Assembly: GCA_964304625.1 (NCBI GenBank)
Contig: OZ199840.1
Coordinates: 10,425,220-10,489,219, forward strand
Source: Kudoa neothunni
Lineage: Eukaryota; Animalia; Cnidaria
Direction: 5' to 3'
DNA length: 64,000 bases
Within the stretch, counting starts at the first letter, position 1. Every line of letters starts with the position of its first letter. Shown here one piece after another: positions 26,323-40,073 of this stretch. A program made the translations under genes and the position numbers. Below the pieces are notes generated by a model, which was given only the letters and a program-made list of their open reading frames with translations, was not told the DNA's origin and ran no database searches.

Positions 26323-28042
26323 TTAATTAATATTACAATTAATTATGCGAATAATTAGTAAAATATTTTAATCATTATTTTTACTTAATTTATTGTCTTT
26401 ATTGATAATTAAATCCGAATATTTAGAGTTTTACTGATACCCCAATTTCAAAACGAGTAAGAGAATTTATACAAATTTCGGCACCCGCCGATATCGAAAC
26501 TACATCAGTGTGTATGCCCATTTTTTAAATTTGATTCGTTTTTGGCAATTGTTCAAATAGTAACAGAATTAAGACTAAGTTTAGTCTTAATTTCTACAAA
26601 TGTCATAAATAATAATTAATATTTAATAAAGGAATGTAATCTATTGTATAATCGTTAGGTAAAATATCTATTTCCTTAAATAATGTCTTGACAATTATTA
26701 CTTAGATAATCTGTTGTTTGGTATTATAAACCACATATTATTTAAAAATAAGATTTATATTAAACTATGACTGACCAGGAATATGCTTAACCGTTAATAA
26801 AATATTTTATGATAGGGATTAATTTCTTTTGACCCAATTATTATTAAACAAATTTTTAGTTCCTTTTATTCTATTATTGATTATTATTGCAATAAAAATT
26901 ATAGAATAAATTTATATTAATAATTTAGTGCTTTAGGAAAAAATTACTGATTTAGATTATTATAATGAACGCAATAAATCAAAATGCACTTTACCAATAT
27001 CAATTAATGTATCAATAAATTTTAGAGGATGTGCCTAAGGTTTTCGAAATAAACATTATTTTAAGAAAATTTTCTGTCAATAATTTAATTCTGGAATAGT
27101 TGACAATACGTGAAACATCACTGAAATATCTCTCACATTCGACGGAAGTACATGCCGCACAAAGATATCGACATGCTAGTCCTGCTAAAACTAGGTAGTT
27201 TGTATCTAATTCCCCATATTATAGTTGATTTTAGGTATCGTAAATTATTGATTCCTTAGTGTAATCCATTGTGATAAAAATAGATACAGGAATTATTTTT
27301 AACTTCGATTTAAAAAGACACTGATATGTTCAAATGCAATTTAAATAATAATATATTTACTTATACAATTTATTTTGAATAATAAAATTTGTCTGATATT
27401 AGTTTTAAATGTCGGAACCTTTTGATGAGTACCGAATACTGGTCTAAAGGTGATGTCACTTGCAAATAATGGTACTAGTCTCGGAATCGGGAAACCCTAA
27501 TGATGATTCTTCATTTTTAATAATAATATTCAGCCACCTTCATTTAAATCTCCCTTCTCATGTAGCTTTGATTTTAAATATTTGCACACCAGTACCGGAA
27601 ACGAACGCATATTTGTAACAAATTTTACTATATCGCGAACAAAACCTATATCATGTATCATGCAGGACGGTTTCAGCCCCTCCGTTAATCTGTCCAGATT
27701 ATGGAATCTTTTCCACATTATCAATAATAATTTTCCAAGAGACATACAGTCGATCGTAGGTATTGAGTAATTTTTTGGAAATGGGGAAAAATTACGCAAT
27801 AGTGAGAAACTACGAAATACAGGTTATTGGTCTAAGCTCATTAATTATGAAAGAAACAATCTATTTGGGTATAAAATAACTTGTAATTTTAGCTATGAGT
27901 TCCATTACTGGATATTTTTGAAAATAATGCTTTTGGAGTTTCTTGAATTATAGTTTTTCTGATTAAATTAATTGATTGTTTGATTTCCAAAGTTGACAAA
28001 AGTGCTTAATCTTTTACTATATCCGGACAGACATTTTATTTA

Positions 28043-29711
28043 CCGTATATATTCGAGTATAAGTGGCACTCGTGTATAAGTCGCAGGGTCAAATTTGGAC
28101 TAACTTATCGTGATTATGGTTGACCCGAATATAAGTCGCAGTCATAAACCGAAAATTTATTAATGCTTAAACATTTAGTGATTTACCAAGTATATTTTAA
28201 ATAAAATCTAATTATTTAGACAAATATGAAAATATTCATTATACAAAAAATAAATGATTATTAAAAAAAGTTAACAAACTATTAATATTCATTGTCGTCA
28301 TCATCATCCTTAGCTGATGAAAACTCATCCTCATCAAAAAGGCGTGCACTTTGTTCTGATGTCAAAGTATCCTCGTAATTCTCGTCCATCACTATTTCCG
28401 TATTACTGTGTACTTTATCGTCTTCAGTTCCATCCATCGCATTAGAAAAGCCACATTTTTTGAACGATTTCTTAATTATACCCGTGTCTATGGAGAGCAA
28501 AGAATCTTTAACCCATTTAGCTACCAATGCTAATGCATGTCTCTTAAAATTTCCTGATGCTGTCTTTTCCGCCAATCCGTCTGACATCCATTGGATCCAT
28601 TGATCGCTTACTCTACATTTGAATGGAAAATTTAAAGAAACATCTAAAGGTTGTAATATTGAGAATAAGCCCGAAGGAATAACAGCAGTATCTGTTTTAT
28701 AGTAGTTTTTGGTACGCTGTTTGACATCATCAACGAGATGAGCTCGGAACATATTCTAAACTAACAGACTTGGTTTTTTATCTAAATTACCACCTGGGCG
28801 ATGAGACCATACTTTCTCCATCAAAATATGAAATCCTTCCACATCCATCCATACCTTCTCGTGAACACGAATAATGACTCCAAGAGGGAAAATTTTCTTT
28901 GGAAACAATTTAGTTCTATCCGCCATACAGATTAAAACGACAGTAAAGTGTGTTTTTTCTTGACCAGTTGTTCTAACTGTCACGGTTTTGGTTCCATTAT
29001 TATCAACTGCGGTTACCAGGAGCACCAAAAAACATAAGTGTTTCGTCCATGTTTCCAATTCGACTATGATCATAATTAATCTTTTTCCTTATATCTATAA
29101 CATATTTATAAAAGTTGATAATCTTGTCTTCTAAATCGGACGGAAGTTTTTGGCAAATTTTGTTAATTTGTCTAAGAGATAAACCATGCCTGTTCATAAA
29201 ACGCGTACACCATCCAGCCGATGCTTTAAGGTTTGAGTCCTTTATAATATCTTTGGATTTTTATCGAGTCGCTCCGCGCGTCACTACGTATCCGCTTTGT
29301 CTCATTTCATTTATCCATCTGTTTAATTCTTCCTCTTCGCGAATAAATTTAGACTTCTCTCCCCTATTGGTTTTTTTTGAAACTGACATTTCTTCCAACT
29401 GCAGAAAAGATTTTCTCCAATCGCGTGCTTGCATCTTGTTAACTCCATTTTTATTAGTCGAAATTCGATAGCATATTTTGCAACTTTTAATTTGAATTTG
29501 GCGCCATTGCGATGTCTTTTTTTAATGGAACTCATTATCCTAACATAAGGGAAATACATATTAAATATCAACAAAATAATTCCGCCATATTAATTAAAAC
29601 AATATTTTTTTATATATAATAATAAAAAGTAGAACATAAATTTATTACGGATGATTTATATATTTTACTAACTACCAGTCTAATTTTTATGTCGATGTCT
29701 TGTGTATAAGG
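28043..29711 (-). mobile_element. pogo (POGK/Tc2-like) transposon with frameshifted DDE_1 transposase
   Basis: Left end TA|CCGTATATATTCGAGTATAAGT with internal TATAAGTCGCA repeats. Fragments AKFKLKV, ASAGWCTRFMNRHGLSLR, IGNMDET, TGQEKTHFTVVL, FRAH, LQPLDVSLN, SFKKCG (28282-29540). The right end is degenerate. Confidence 0.88.
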
Positions 29712-29884
29712 TAATAATATTTTTATATTTATACAAGTGATTTTGTTATCAACGCACATTATTTAATTATGAAAGTTGTAAGCATATCCAATATAACAGT
29801 TTAATTAATGCTTCTAAATATCAAAATCATACTAAGCTAAAATTATTATAGCTGTTTATAATTTTTAACTTTGATACATGTGAT

Positions 29885-31335
29885 TTATGGTCCAAGGTCA
29901 CCTCCTTTATTTTTTATCTGTTTTTCTTCATCATAATGGTTCCCACAAATTGCTTTGCATTGATCCAACGTTCTGAAGTTGTTCGTATTACCACCGTATC
30001 CTTGGTAAATAAATGATTCGCATTCGTGTTTCTCCTTATTGTAATAGAACCTCGTTGCTTGAAAATTTCCGCTGATGTATACTCCCATTTTGCTTTGCAT
30101 ACATGTTTCTTCAATTTTAATTTCCTTTTTATAGTTCTCTAAATTTATTTTAAAACAATTTAATATGTAACTATATAAAAGACTCCGAGTTGCGTTTATT
30201 TTTTTTGAATTAAATACCTGCCCCACAATAGCTATGACACATTTCCATAGTTGGAAAGTTATTTTTTTCTGGGTTGAAATCCGGTTGTCCAGCAGTAGTG
30301 GGGCCAGTTTCCATGCGTTTGCAAATTTTAGTTTCAGAGTCATAATAATATCTGAACTCAGTAGTTTTTTGTTCACCTGTTCCAATCATAATATATTGAA
30401 CAGGAGGATTTTTGCACGCAGAAACTTTCGTGTTATTTTTATTTGCCCTTGAATCACCTGAGTTAGGTTCGTATGCTAATAAAATTTAATATGAGAATAT
30501 TATAATCTGTAAATATACGATAGCACGTGTTGACACATTGATGAAAGGAATTAAAGATTCCTCTTGTGTTTGAGTCTATCGAGACGGCAGCATAAGCGCA
30601 TTTTCGATTTTTAACGTCAGCAATAATTGCTGTACTAGGATCTTTGTCTTTAACGTCTGGTCTTAGTGTACAATCCAATGTATTTGGAGCCATATATTTT
30701 TTTTTATTATCCTCGCTTATTTTATGATCATCAGCGTTAGTGAGCCCTCCATTCTTTTTATCTTGTGGTTATTATGTTATATTAAGCAAAAAATTATTGT
30801 TATATTTACTAAAACAATACAAATAACACTCATCTTCATCGTCGTATCGATTAAAACTTCCTCCACACCCATTATAATCGAATTTCTTGCATGTTGCGGT
30901 TGTCTGGTCAAAGTAATATTTATCAGTTACACCTGAGTTTTTAACACAGTGCCCTGGATGCAATGGTTTTTTGCATCCCTGAAGCTTTTCTTTTTTGGTT
31001 AACTTACCTGAAATTATCTTAAAAAAATTATTTTTAAATTAATGTACCATGCATTTCACAAAGTCCTTTTGATGCAAAATTATTATAGTTTCCTTTGATA
31101 CCACGATATTCGAGAGGTTTGCATTTAGCGTCGTGGATATCAATAAACCAACGGTCAATGACATTCTTCATATTTCTCGGGACATCGATGGGCCAGTCTC
31201 CTTCATCCCTTTCATAAGAAGGTAATATAGGATCTGACGAATAAATTTAGACAGGGAGTTCAATAAAATTAATAAACCCAAAAAGCAATATTTTATAGAT
31301 AAAAGTAGAAATATTTGATAATACAAGGATTTCAT
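29885..31335 (-). CDS. Secreted multi-Kunitz (5 domains) protein, copy 3, intact
   Basis: Same exon structure as copy 2 with an open spliced frame. D5 is CMQSKMGVYISGNFQATRFYYNKEKHECESFIYQGYGGNTNNFRTLDQCKAIC. Confidence 0.88.
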
Positions 31336-32078
31336 GTAGACTTGAATATTCCACGAAATTACAACATTGAACCGAAGATTGGAAATTTTCGATTGACTTG
31401 TGATTGAAGAGAATAATTTAATGTATTAATACGATTATAGATATATTAAAATAACATCCATTATGATTAATCTTAGTATCTTATGTAGTTTATACGGTAT
31501 TTAATATTTAATCTGAAAGAGCCGTGCGCAGTGTATATGTTTGTCCATTCCATGTGAAAACGCCAAATGCAAATTAATACAAAACCTAAGTTTTAAAAAT
31601 AGCAATAAATTAATTATATGAATAGTTAATAAAATATTATATCTTAACCCGATATGTTATTTCATAACGTATCCAGTAACAAATGTATTTTGTATAATCA
31701 AAAGGAAAATAAATTTTATTACGGAAAATTCATAAGTCATTGTAGCGTAGTTAGACAGTTTACCCGCTATATAAATTATATTAGGACAACAATTTTAGAT
31801 GGTAAATCAATTTTTTAATTCATTTAGTTAAACGAATTATTTGTATTTCCATTAGATTCAAATCAAGTTTCTATGCCACTTTAATTTGTGCTTTACACTT
31901 GGCCAGATTATGAACCTTACAATCCTAGTTACGCTAACTCTTACTTCTGATATAATATACGATCTTCTCTTAAGAATCGCGGTAAATTTTTCAACTATTT
32001 CAAAATTAAATAATTTAATTAGTGGCCTATTAATGTATTGTTTTACTTTATCATATATAATAAATTATCTATGGTAGA

Positions 32079-32230
32079 GGCTACTGGCATGGTACAATTA
32101 AATTCTAAACGGCATGTCCGCTTGCGCAATCAGAATTTTTAATCTCAGCAACTCCAACTTATAAACTGGTTATAGATTAAATATAGTCAAAACTAATGTC
32201 ACCAGAATATTATTTACTGTGTTAATAGCC
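32079..32230. mobile_element. MITE family with GGCTAYTGRCA-type TIRs (Harbinger-like); other copies ~47932-48165, ~48690-48905, ~61066-61276 (inverted)
   Basis: GGCTACTGGCA...TGTTAATAGCC termini. The shared core ATAGTCAAAA(C/T)TAATGTCACC.GAATATTATTTAC recurs at 32180, 48115, 48855 and, reverse-complemented, at 61070. Confidence 0.65.
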
Positions 32231-33482
32231 ACTTCAATTATTTATTTTTCAACCACTCAAGCGCATGCATGACGTCTATCAAGATTAACTTATTGATTCT
32301 TCGTGATTCAATAAAGTTATAAATTCATGATCATTTAGATCTTGTTTGAACTATATATATTTAATTTATCTAATTTCTAACAGTCTCAAATCAAAAGGGG
32401 GTATATTTTATTGTCACATTTATAACGTAATAATTTGTTCAATAATAATAATAATAATAATGGGGGTTCAAATTGTTTAAATTAATAAAAATTCTCTATA
32501 AACTCAATAAATTAGACAATCATGTTTATAAAGTACTTTAAGTTCGTTAGTGGGAAAAAATTTTATTTGTCGTTAAAAAAATGTAACTTTTGAAATATTA
32601 TAATTAAAATGCAAATGGCGAAGCTTGTTTAATTTTTGTTGGAAATGAATATATTTTAAATTATAGTATTTTTTTGAAATCATTCCAAAAATAAGTTGAT
32701 ATTACAAATTACCAAACAAAGCATTAAAATTTTTTGTTGAGGATATCAAATTATAATAATTGTGATTAGTGAAAATGTAATTAAGATCACATTAGGGATA
32801 TAATAAAAATAATTAATACTATATAACTAGAAGACAAATGCGAAAGTTAATTAAGATCATTTAAATTAGTCCCACTTTGCTCAGTATAAAATATAAAACG
32901 CTCTTTTCCACAAACAGTGTAGAATCGAGCCAAAATCAACTTAAATAATTATATAAAGTAAAAATTCAATTTAGCAGACGGCTTCAATGTAATTTAAGGA
33001 CACTGACATATTATTGAATGCTTCAATCTACTTTATTATAACTTAAATTATTAATTGGGCATTAATTTAACAAATAGGGGCCTTATTCAACACCTAAATC
33101 CTATAAGAGCTTTTAAGGTGTACTCGACAAGCAAAATATGATTAAAGTACCACTATAAGGAGTGTTTTTACTTACATACCTAATTTATGAATACAGTTCG
33201 ATTATATCCCTAAACTAATGTTTGAGTAGAGAGATAAGGGAAATGTTAACTTCAACTCATTCAAACTGAAATAAATGAGCGTTACTCCTATGTTTGAACA
33301 TTTGGAAACAGTTAAACAAATTTAAACAAAAAATCACCAATTTCTAAATATTATTGAAGATTTTGATAGAGTATTATCAATTAGTTGAATTTCTGTAAAT
33401 TTATGAAATTATTAAAAGTTTCATAAATGTCTCTTTATAACGATAACATTTCTACGCACATACATATTGGCAACACAAATAC

Positions 33483-34679
33483 GGCCACTAGACCTTTAAA
33501 AAATCGAGGGTAAATTTCGAGGGTCGAGGAAAATTAAAAAAAAACGATGGTGATTATGTGTTGAAATGAGGATCATTATAAATTTTGATAAGTATCTCAT
33601 GATTCCAACGTTTTGTGGTCGTTACTAGTTTTTAAAAACATTTTTATAGATAATACACCTCAGTAAATTAAATATATTAGTTTAAAACGGCTGAAACATT
33701 CAACCGCACAAAAAGTTTGAAGTAAATTATAAACTGTGACGTAATATTTCATTTTATATTAAAAAACTATGTAATAAATGTTTATTTTTATGTTTTAAAC
33801 AATTTTTATATTTTTGAGTTAAAAAAATGCATTGGATTTATTTTTATCTATAATTGTTCTAAATCAAGCGCTTAATAACCTTACATTTTGATTTGTGAGG
33901 ATTACTCTACTTTAAAGTTAATTTTAATTAAAAAATAATTATTAAATATTTATGTTTTTAGTTATTTAATGGAAATAAATAAAGAGATAACTTAATGAAA
34001 TAAATTAAAAATTTTTATGTTTGAGTTGACGAACAAATATTGTTGTAACATTTTTTTAATCATGAATAAACTACCTGAAAAAATTTATAAACTAAACACC
34101 ATAATAAATTACGCCATAGTTAAATTGAAATATCTTCATTTTAATTTTGAATAGAATAAATCAGAAAGCTTTGTTTTTAAAATACGAAGTCAAGATTGAA
34201 CATTTACAAACTTATCACTAACAAATACAAACAAAAAAAATTTATTGAATAATTAAAGACTTAGAATTTGTTAAAATTATAATTTTTTGATGTATTTATC
34301 AACAACATCGAGATTCCACGCGAATCTGAATGTGCTCTACGTAAGATTCATTTTCGGTTTATAGGTTCATTCTTTTTGATGTGAATTATACCACATAATG
34401 TAATTTTTTGTGTTAAGAACAAAAATGATTTTTTTTTCAAAAAGAAGTGAATTTACATGACGAATTTTAGGAAACGACTTTGTTTCCGATTTTTTATGCG
34501 ACACCACCCGAAATTCATACACAGATACTGTAGTTTAGCTGATATTTTAGGAGAAATAAAATAGTTTATTACAAAAATCCACTGTGGACGAATCACACAA
34601 TCTTGTTAATATATTGACTTAATCTCTTCGAAATAGAGAATAACCCCTATACCCTCGATTTTTTGAGGCCCCAACAGCC
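33483..34679. mobile_element. Non-autonomous TIR element, superfamily unassigned
   Basis: 30-bp imperfect TIRs starting GGC, with an identical 15-nt core AAAAAATCGAGGGTA at both ends. No ORF. Confidence 0.6.
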
Positions 34680-34896
34680 ACTCCTCTCTATATACGGAGT
34701 AGTAGATAGGAATATAGACACGTCTCGGAAAAAAAGGTTTGGAGATTCCTACGAACAAAAGTCCAAGAAATCCAGGTTACAATTTAAAATTTATTTTTAA
34801 TGAAATTTTTTCTTATTAGTCTCTTTAAATAAATAAAAAATGTTAAACTACCAAAATAATCCAATTATGATTGTAAAAGATTTTCGGTTCTGGCTA

Positions 34897-37800
34897 CTAA
34901 TCTGTTACAACTTGATTCTTTTGTCGGAAAACATAAAACATGGCTCCTGCAGCCAATAAACAACCTATGACTGCTGAAATTATCAATCTAAAACAATTTA
35001 TCAACATAAAGTAACATAAAAGTGCACTACATAAGCTTTATGTGGCTTCTAAATAAAAATTCATCATTAACGTGCAATAATCAAATTTTTTTTACCCTGT
35101 GCTGTATTTTGCCCCTAAACAAAATGATAAATATCGGTAAATGCAGGCATATGTTACCGTGTTTAATTGTAGCGGTACCCAAAATTTTAGGATCATGTAT
35201 GGAGTAGACTGTTAAGTGATAATCACTGGTATCAGGAACACTGTTGATTGTAAACTTTTTACACAAGGGAAATATGCATCCATCAACACCTTCTTCCATA
35301 CACGATTTGAGTACGCCTTTAGATCGTAAACTGATATTACGCAATTCCCATTTACATTTTGAATTAGCTCCTAATACTGCGGGCAATGTATTTTTTATAT
35401 CAAACGACTCTTCACTGCGCTCTATGTTGACCACTATAAACTTTTTTAAGTCTGTAGGATTTATTGGGGGTGTATCTAAATAATAAATGATTTTTAATGA
35501 ATATATATATATTCATTATTAAAAAATTTAGTATGTATCATTAAATTACGTGAGGGAATATCAATGACTGCTTCAGACGATATCCCCACTGCAGTCACCA
35601 TCACTCTGTACGTGTTTTCCGCGATGTAGAAGGCGTTATATTCAATAGAACTGCAAAGTGGAAGTTTTTTACACACCAAAGGGTTTGTACTATCTTTACT
35701 CGCTCCATTTGAAGTCGCGGTTTTTGCTACAACGTCAGTTGTTTGTTTTTCGGGTGTTTTAGATGATTTAGCAGCATGATAGTTAGCACGAATAAAACGG
35801 CCTGGCATACTTCCTGGCCTAATTCCAGATTTATTTTGCTCACTGATTTTTGGTTGCACCTCATTCGTTGCTGTCGATGAAGTTGAGGGGTTAGCAGCCA
35901 AACATTTGAATACAGGAGTATATCCATCATTCTTTTTCATTGTGACTACGTAGTGACAAATTGTTTCGGGTTGACTCTTGGGTAATTGTGCATTTAGCTC
36001 AAACCCGTTCAACGTATATTTATATGTTATATTCAGGGTAGACAAACCTTAAATAACGTTAATATGTGAGTTTTTTTTAATTTTTTACTGGTTAAAACTG
36101 CCTTATACACATGAACACCGTAACCTTCGTGAGCAATAACTTTAACATCATATAGAGTGTTTGGTAAAAGATTTTCAATCGTTTTGTTTTCTTTACAAAA
36201 TCCTCTACAAATATAGCCATCACTACATTTTGCAGGATAGAAGTTATCTGTTCCGGTAGAGCTGACGTAGTATTCACATGTTGGCTCGTTCTGTTGATTT
36301 TCCCCCAAATCTCCCTCAACAGGTTTGACTATTATCTCCGTCGCGGTCGTTTTCGGAGCAGTAGTTTGAAAACTTTTTCCTTCCGCATTATCTGCTATTT
36401 ATTTACATTTTTAAACAAATATATTAAATTACCGGTCCGGACTAATAATTTTTCCTTATAGGTTGATGGCTTAGTAATACCAGTTGAAGCTACTTCGACA
36501 ATATATGCTTTCCCAGCTTCAAGGCTATTGATTTCCAATTTAGAGCAAGTGGCCTCACAATCAGTGGTAGTAGCTTCTTTTTTGCACTGAGTTTTAGACT
36601 CGGTATCTGGCTTTATTTTACCAGCCAAATAATGTGTTAGAGTACAAGTTCCAAACGATGGACTTACGCCTGACGGTTTAAACAATGTGGCGTCCAAAGT
36701 CACTCCAACTTTTGTATAAAGCGCTAGAAATTTCGATTCAGGCTCAACAATAGCTACATTATAATTAAACTAAGACATACTATACAATAATAATTTTTAC
36801 CAAATTTATCCTGAATATATCCATCGAATGTTGGACTAGTCTTCTCTATATCATGATGTCTGGTTTGAATCAATACACTGAAGATAGTTTTAGTCGCATC
36901 AATCGTCAATTCAACATCCTTGCATGGGGCAAAACATTTTCCATCGCTATTTCCACAGTTAGAAGAATACGAGGTGCCGTCCGCCGTAACATCCTTCACA
37001 TTAAAGATACATATATCGTGAGAAGGGGATTCAATAAATTTTAATTTTATTTTCTTATCCCCAGTCACTTTTGTCACATAATACTGGGGTTGATAGATTT
37101 CAATATTGGTTTTCATATACTCATTCGGCATTGTGTAATAAAAGCTTGGGTACTTGGAACACCTCATTTCGTAATAGGGAATAAGCAGGTCAAAATCAAC
37201 TGTATTTTGAGTATTATCTACCACACAACTAGCGCCTTTATTGCCATCGACATATTTAGCATTCCTGTAATAAATAGGACAATCTACTGGGTTGCACGTT
37301 TTGGTTAGAAATTTCAATTTTTTAGAACTAGAATCTGTCGAAATACTAACTTGTGGATTCACCAATAGTACTAAAAACAAAATTTATCATAAAAATATTG
37401 TTATAATTACTTACGTGTAGCTAGTCCGAATACTTTACCTCCTTTTCGGTTTTCAGCTTTATTCACATCTCCGTTACTATTTCCAGCGTATACATAAATA
37501 TATTTGGATCTAGGTGACAATTTTTCGTAAGTTAACTTATTTTCGTCACCAGCACAAGGTCTAACACACATGTTACTGCTTCCAGAATCTCCTTGAGGAC
37601 AGGAACTGATCTCAGAAAATTGTAGATTAGTTTCGGCAGGTAAAACTGCATCGTTTGATTTCATGATTCGGCATACTTTTCCGGTTTCAGAATAGGCACC
37701 ACCACTTAATTTAAGATGAATTTTTTTTGTTACTGGTGATGAGTCATCCATTATTGAATAGGTTAAGGTTTCTGTGGTTGGAGCTGCATCAATGGAAGAA

Positions 37801-37955
37801 AAGGATAGAACACTTCCTAGTTTGGCGCTAAATTTTCCAGGTGTAGCAGCATTGGAAAACAGAAAATTATAAAATACAACTAAATTAACATTATTATAAA
37901 TAGATCAAGAAAGAAAACTTGAAATATATAGACTAATTTTAACGATTATCATCAT
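34897..37955 (-). CDS. Type I membrane protein with tandem Cys-rich fibronectin type III-like repeats (~900 aa)
   Basis: Spliced signal peptide MMIIVKISLYISIVFYNFLFSNA. Repeats end in FN3-like motifs (IENLLPNTLYDVKVIA, INSLEAGKAYIVEVAS, EKLSPRSKYIYVYA, INSVPDTSDYHLTVYS). TM segment LILIISAVIGCLLAAGAMFYVF, then RQKNQVVTD*. Confidence 0.8.
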
Positions 37956-40073
37956 TAGTAGATGATTTTAAGTCTATGAATAGGATTAAAAATTAGAAAT
38001 AAATTTATTCTATTATAGAATAGCGAATACCGTCGAAAGTAAACTAAAAAATGAATAATCCGATTCATCAAGTTATTGAATAACTAACGCGATTATCTCC
38101 TTGGGTCCTAATATTTTCATTTGCCAAAATGTTTTTCCTTTATTAAAAATATAATCCAAGATTATATTTTTCTAAGATGAGATAAATATGATTTATTTAA
38201 AAAATTTATTTCGACCAAAAGTATCGGTATATTAATACCCATTCCTTAATGAAGCAAACGATTCGCATTGGTACATTTTATTATCTCAATCACTGAGTAG
38301 CATTAGAAAAGATTTTGGCCTATTAATCATAAATAATTAATTGATTTAAAGAAACATGACAAATAATTAACAATAATAATAATTTCATAATTATTTGATA
38401 ATTTGATAAAATGCAGTCATATATTATTTGTGTATATGTCGTGTTCATGGTTGGTTAATTTTGCGTATAATTTCTTCTATTTTTTAATCATTTAAGTTTA
38501 TGAATCTCAATTTTGTATCACAAATATTTTGTTTGTAAATTAATTTTTGGATGAAAATAAATTTTATTGGGCAGATTAACTCAAGTAAAACTAATCGAAC
38601 CTATAAACTCACAAAAATTTTTTAGACCAATGATAAAATCATATGAAAGAAATTGAAATAAAAACATCTTAAATTTTAATGAAGTTACCTTATAGAATTA
38701 AACAAAATCTTTGTGGATTGCTATACTAAGTATTTAACACAAAATCGATCCACAGAAATTCACAATATAATTAATTATAAAATACGAATAAATAATTATT
38801 TTATATATTTCTATTTCTTGTGGTTTAAAGATAAATTTAGGTATTTAAAAATATTTCTCTTCATGATGTGTTATAAAATATTTTACGAACTTAATATCGT
38901 CATTTATAAAATTTCAAATAACTTCCAAAATATACCCAAAATAAATTGATCAAAAAATAATAAACTTTTCAAGACATACACTGAAGCTTTACGATAAAGT
39001 TAATCATTAGTTAGAATAAAATAAAATTAAAACTCAAACAATTTCCGAACGCTCCAAGGTTTAAGAAAAATTAATGTATATATTTATTAGTTTGATCTAT
39101 TCCGTTTATTCAAAAATCTTAGTCGTAAATAAACAAAAACCATCATTCAACATAAAAAACACAAAATTAGTTATTTGCTTCAAAAATAATTTCTTCATAA
39201 GATATCTCACGCACCACCTTACTTAAATACGTTTTAATTTTAAAGTAAGCGTTTTATCAGTATATTTCGATTGATTAGAACTTTGAACGATTGTTTGTGT
39301 CTACTTGTCATCAAAAAAGCCCACAGGGATTAAATATTTTAAGCTGTAATCAATGTTTACATATCAATTAAATTAAAAAACAATCATGTCGAAGTCCATC
39401 CATGTTACATTATTCTAACACCTAAAATAATTCTGTATATCCATTTTCAACAGAAAAACCTGGAAAAAAAATATTTTCATAATGACCACTAATAAAACTT
39501 AATGATGAAACATTATATAACTTTTTATCATGCTAGATAAAATGCACAAGAAAAACAAATTCTAAATTTCAAAGTCCTTAAGCCTCCTATAAATAAAGCA
39601 TATCCCCAAGTGATTTCTAAATTCTATTTTTGCGTTATAAAATTTCTTTTTGTGCTAATTCATCAAATTTTTTAATATAGATACAGCTTAACCGGAAACT
39701 TCTCTAACACATCAGTATTAAAACCTACTAAAGCGAATGCACTACGATGTAGTCTTATTTTCTAATAAGAAAAATAATATGTTAGCATTCGAGCATAGAA
39801 AAGATAAAGTAATAGACTATATCTCCATCCAAAGTTTTCAACGTATTTGTCAAAAAAATTAGGACCGTTGATTTATATTTGTCGACTGAATAGCGCAGAT
39901 GTTTAGATTAATGGCAGGTTTAAACCGCCTAACCCATTGGCTCAGCGTAAAGCGATCAGTGGAACACATTCGACAAAAATTAGATACACGTCGAAAATGT
40001 TATTCTCATTCAAATTTATCTATGTCATGATAATCGCCTTATATTGGTGTGACTTCGGAAATTTGTCGCTGTT

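Noticed and set aside
27530-27799. 89-aa minus-strand ORF in a moderately GC-rich patch
   Set aside because: Non-ATG start, no recognisable motif or splice structure; probably a decayed repeat.
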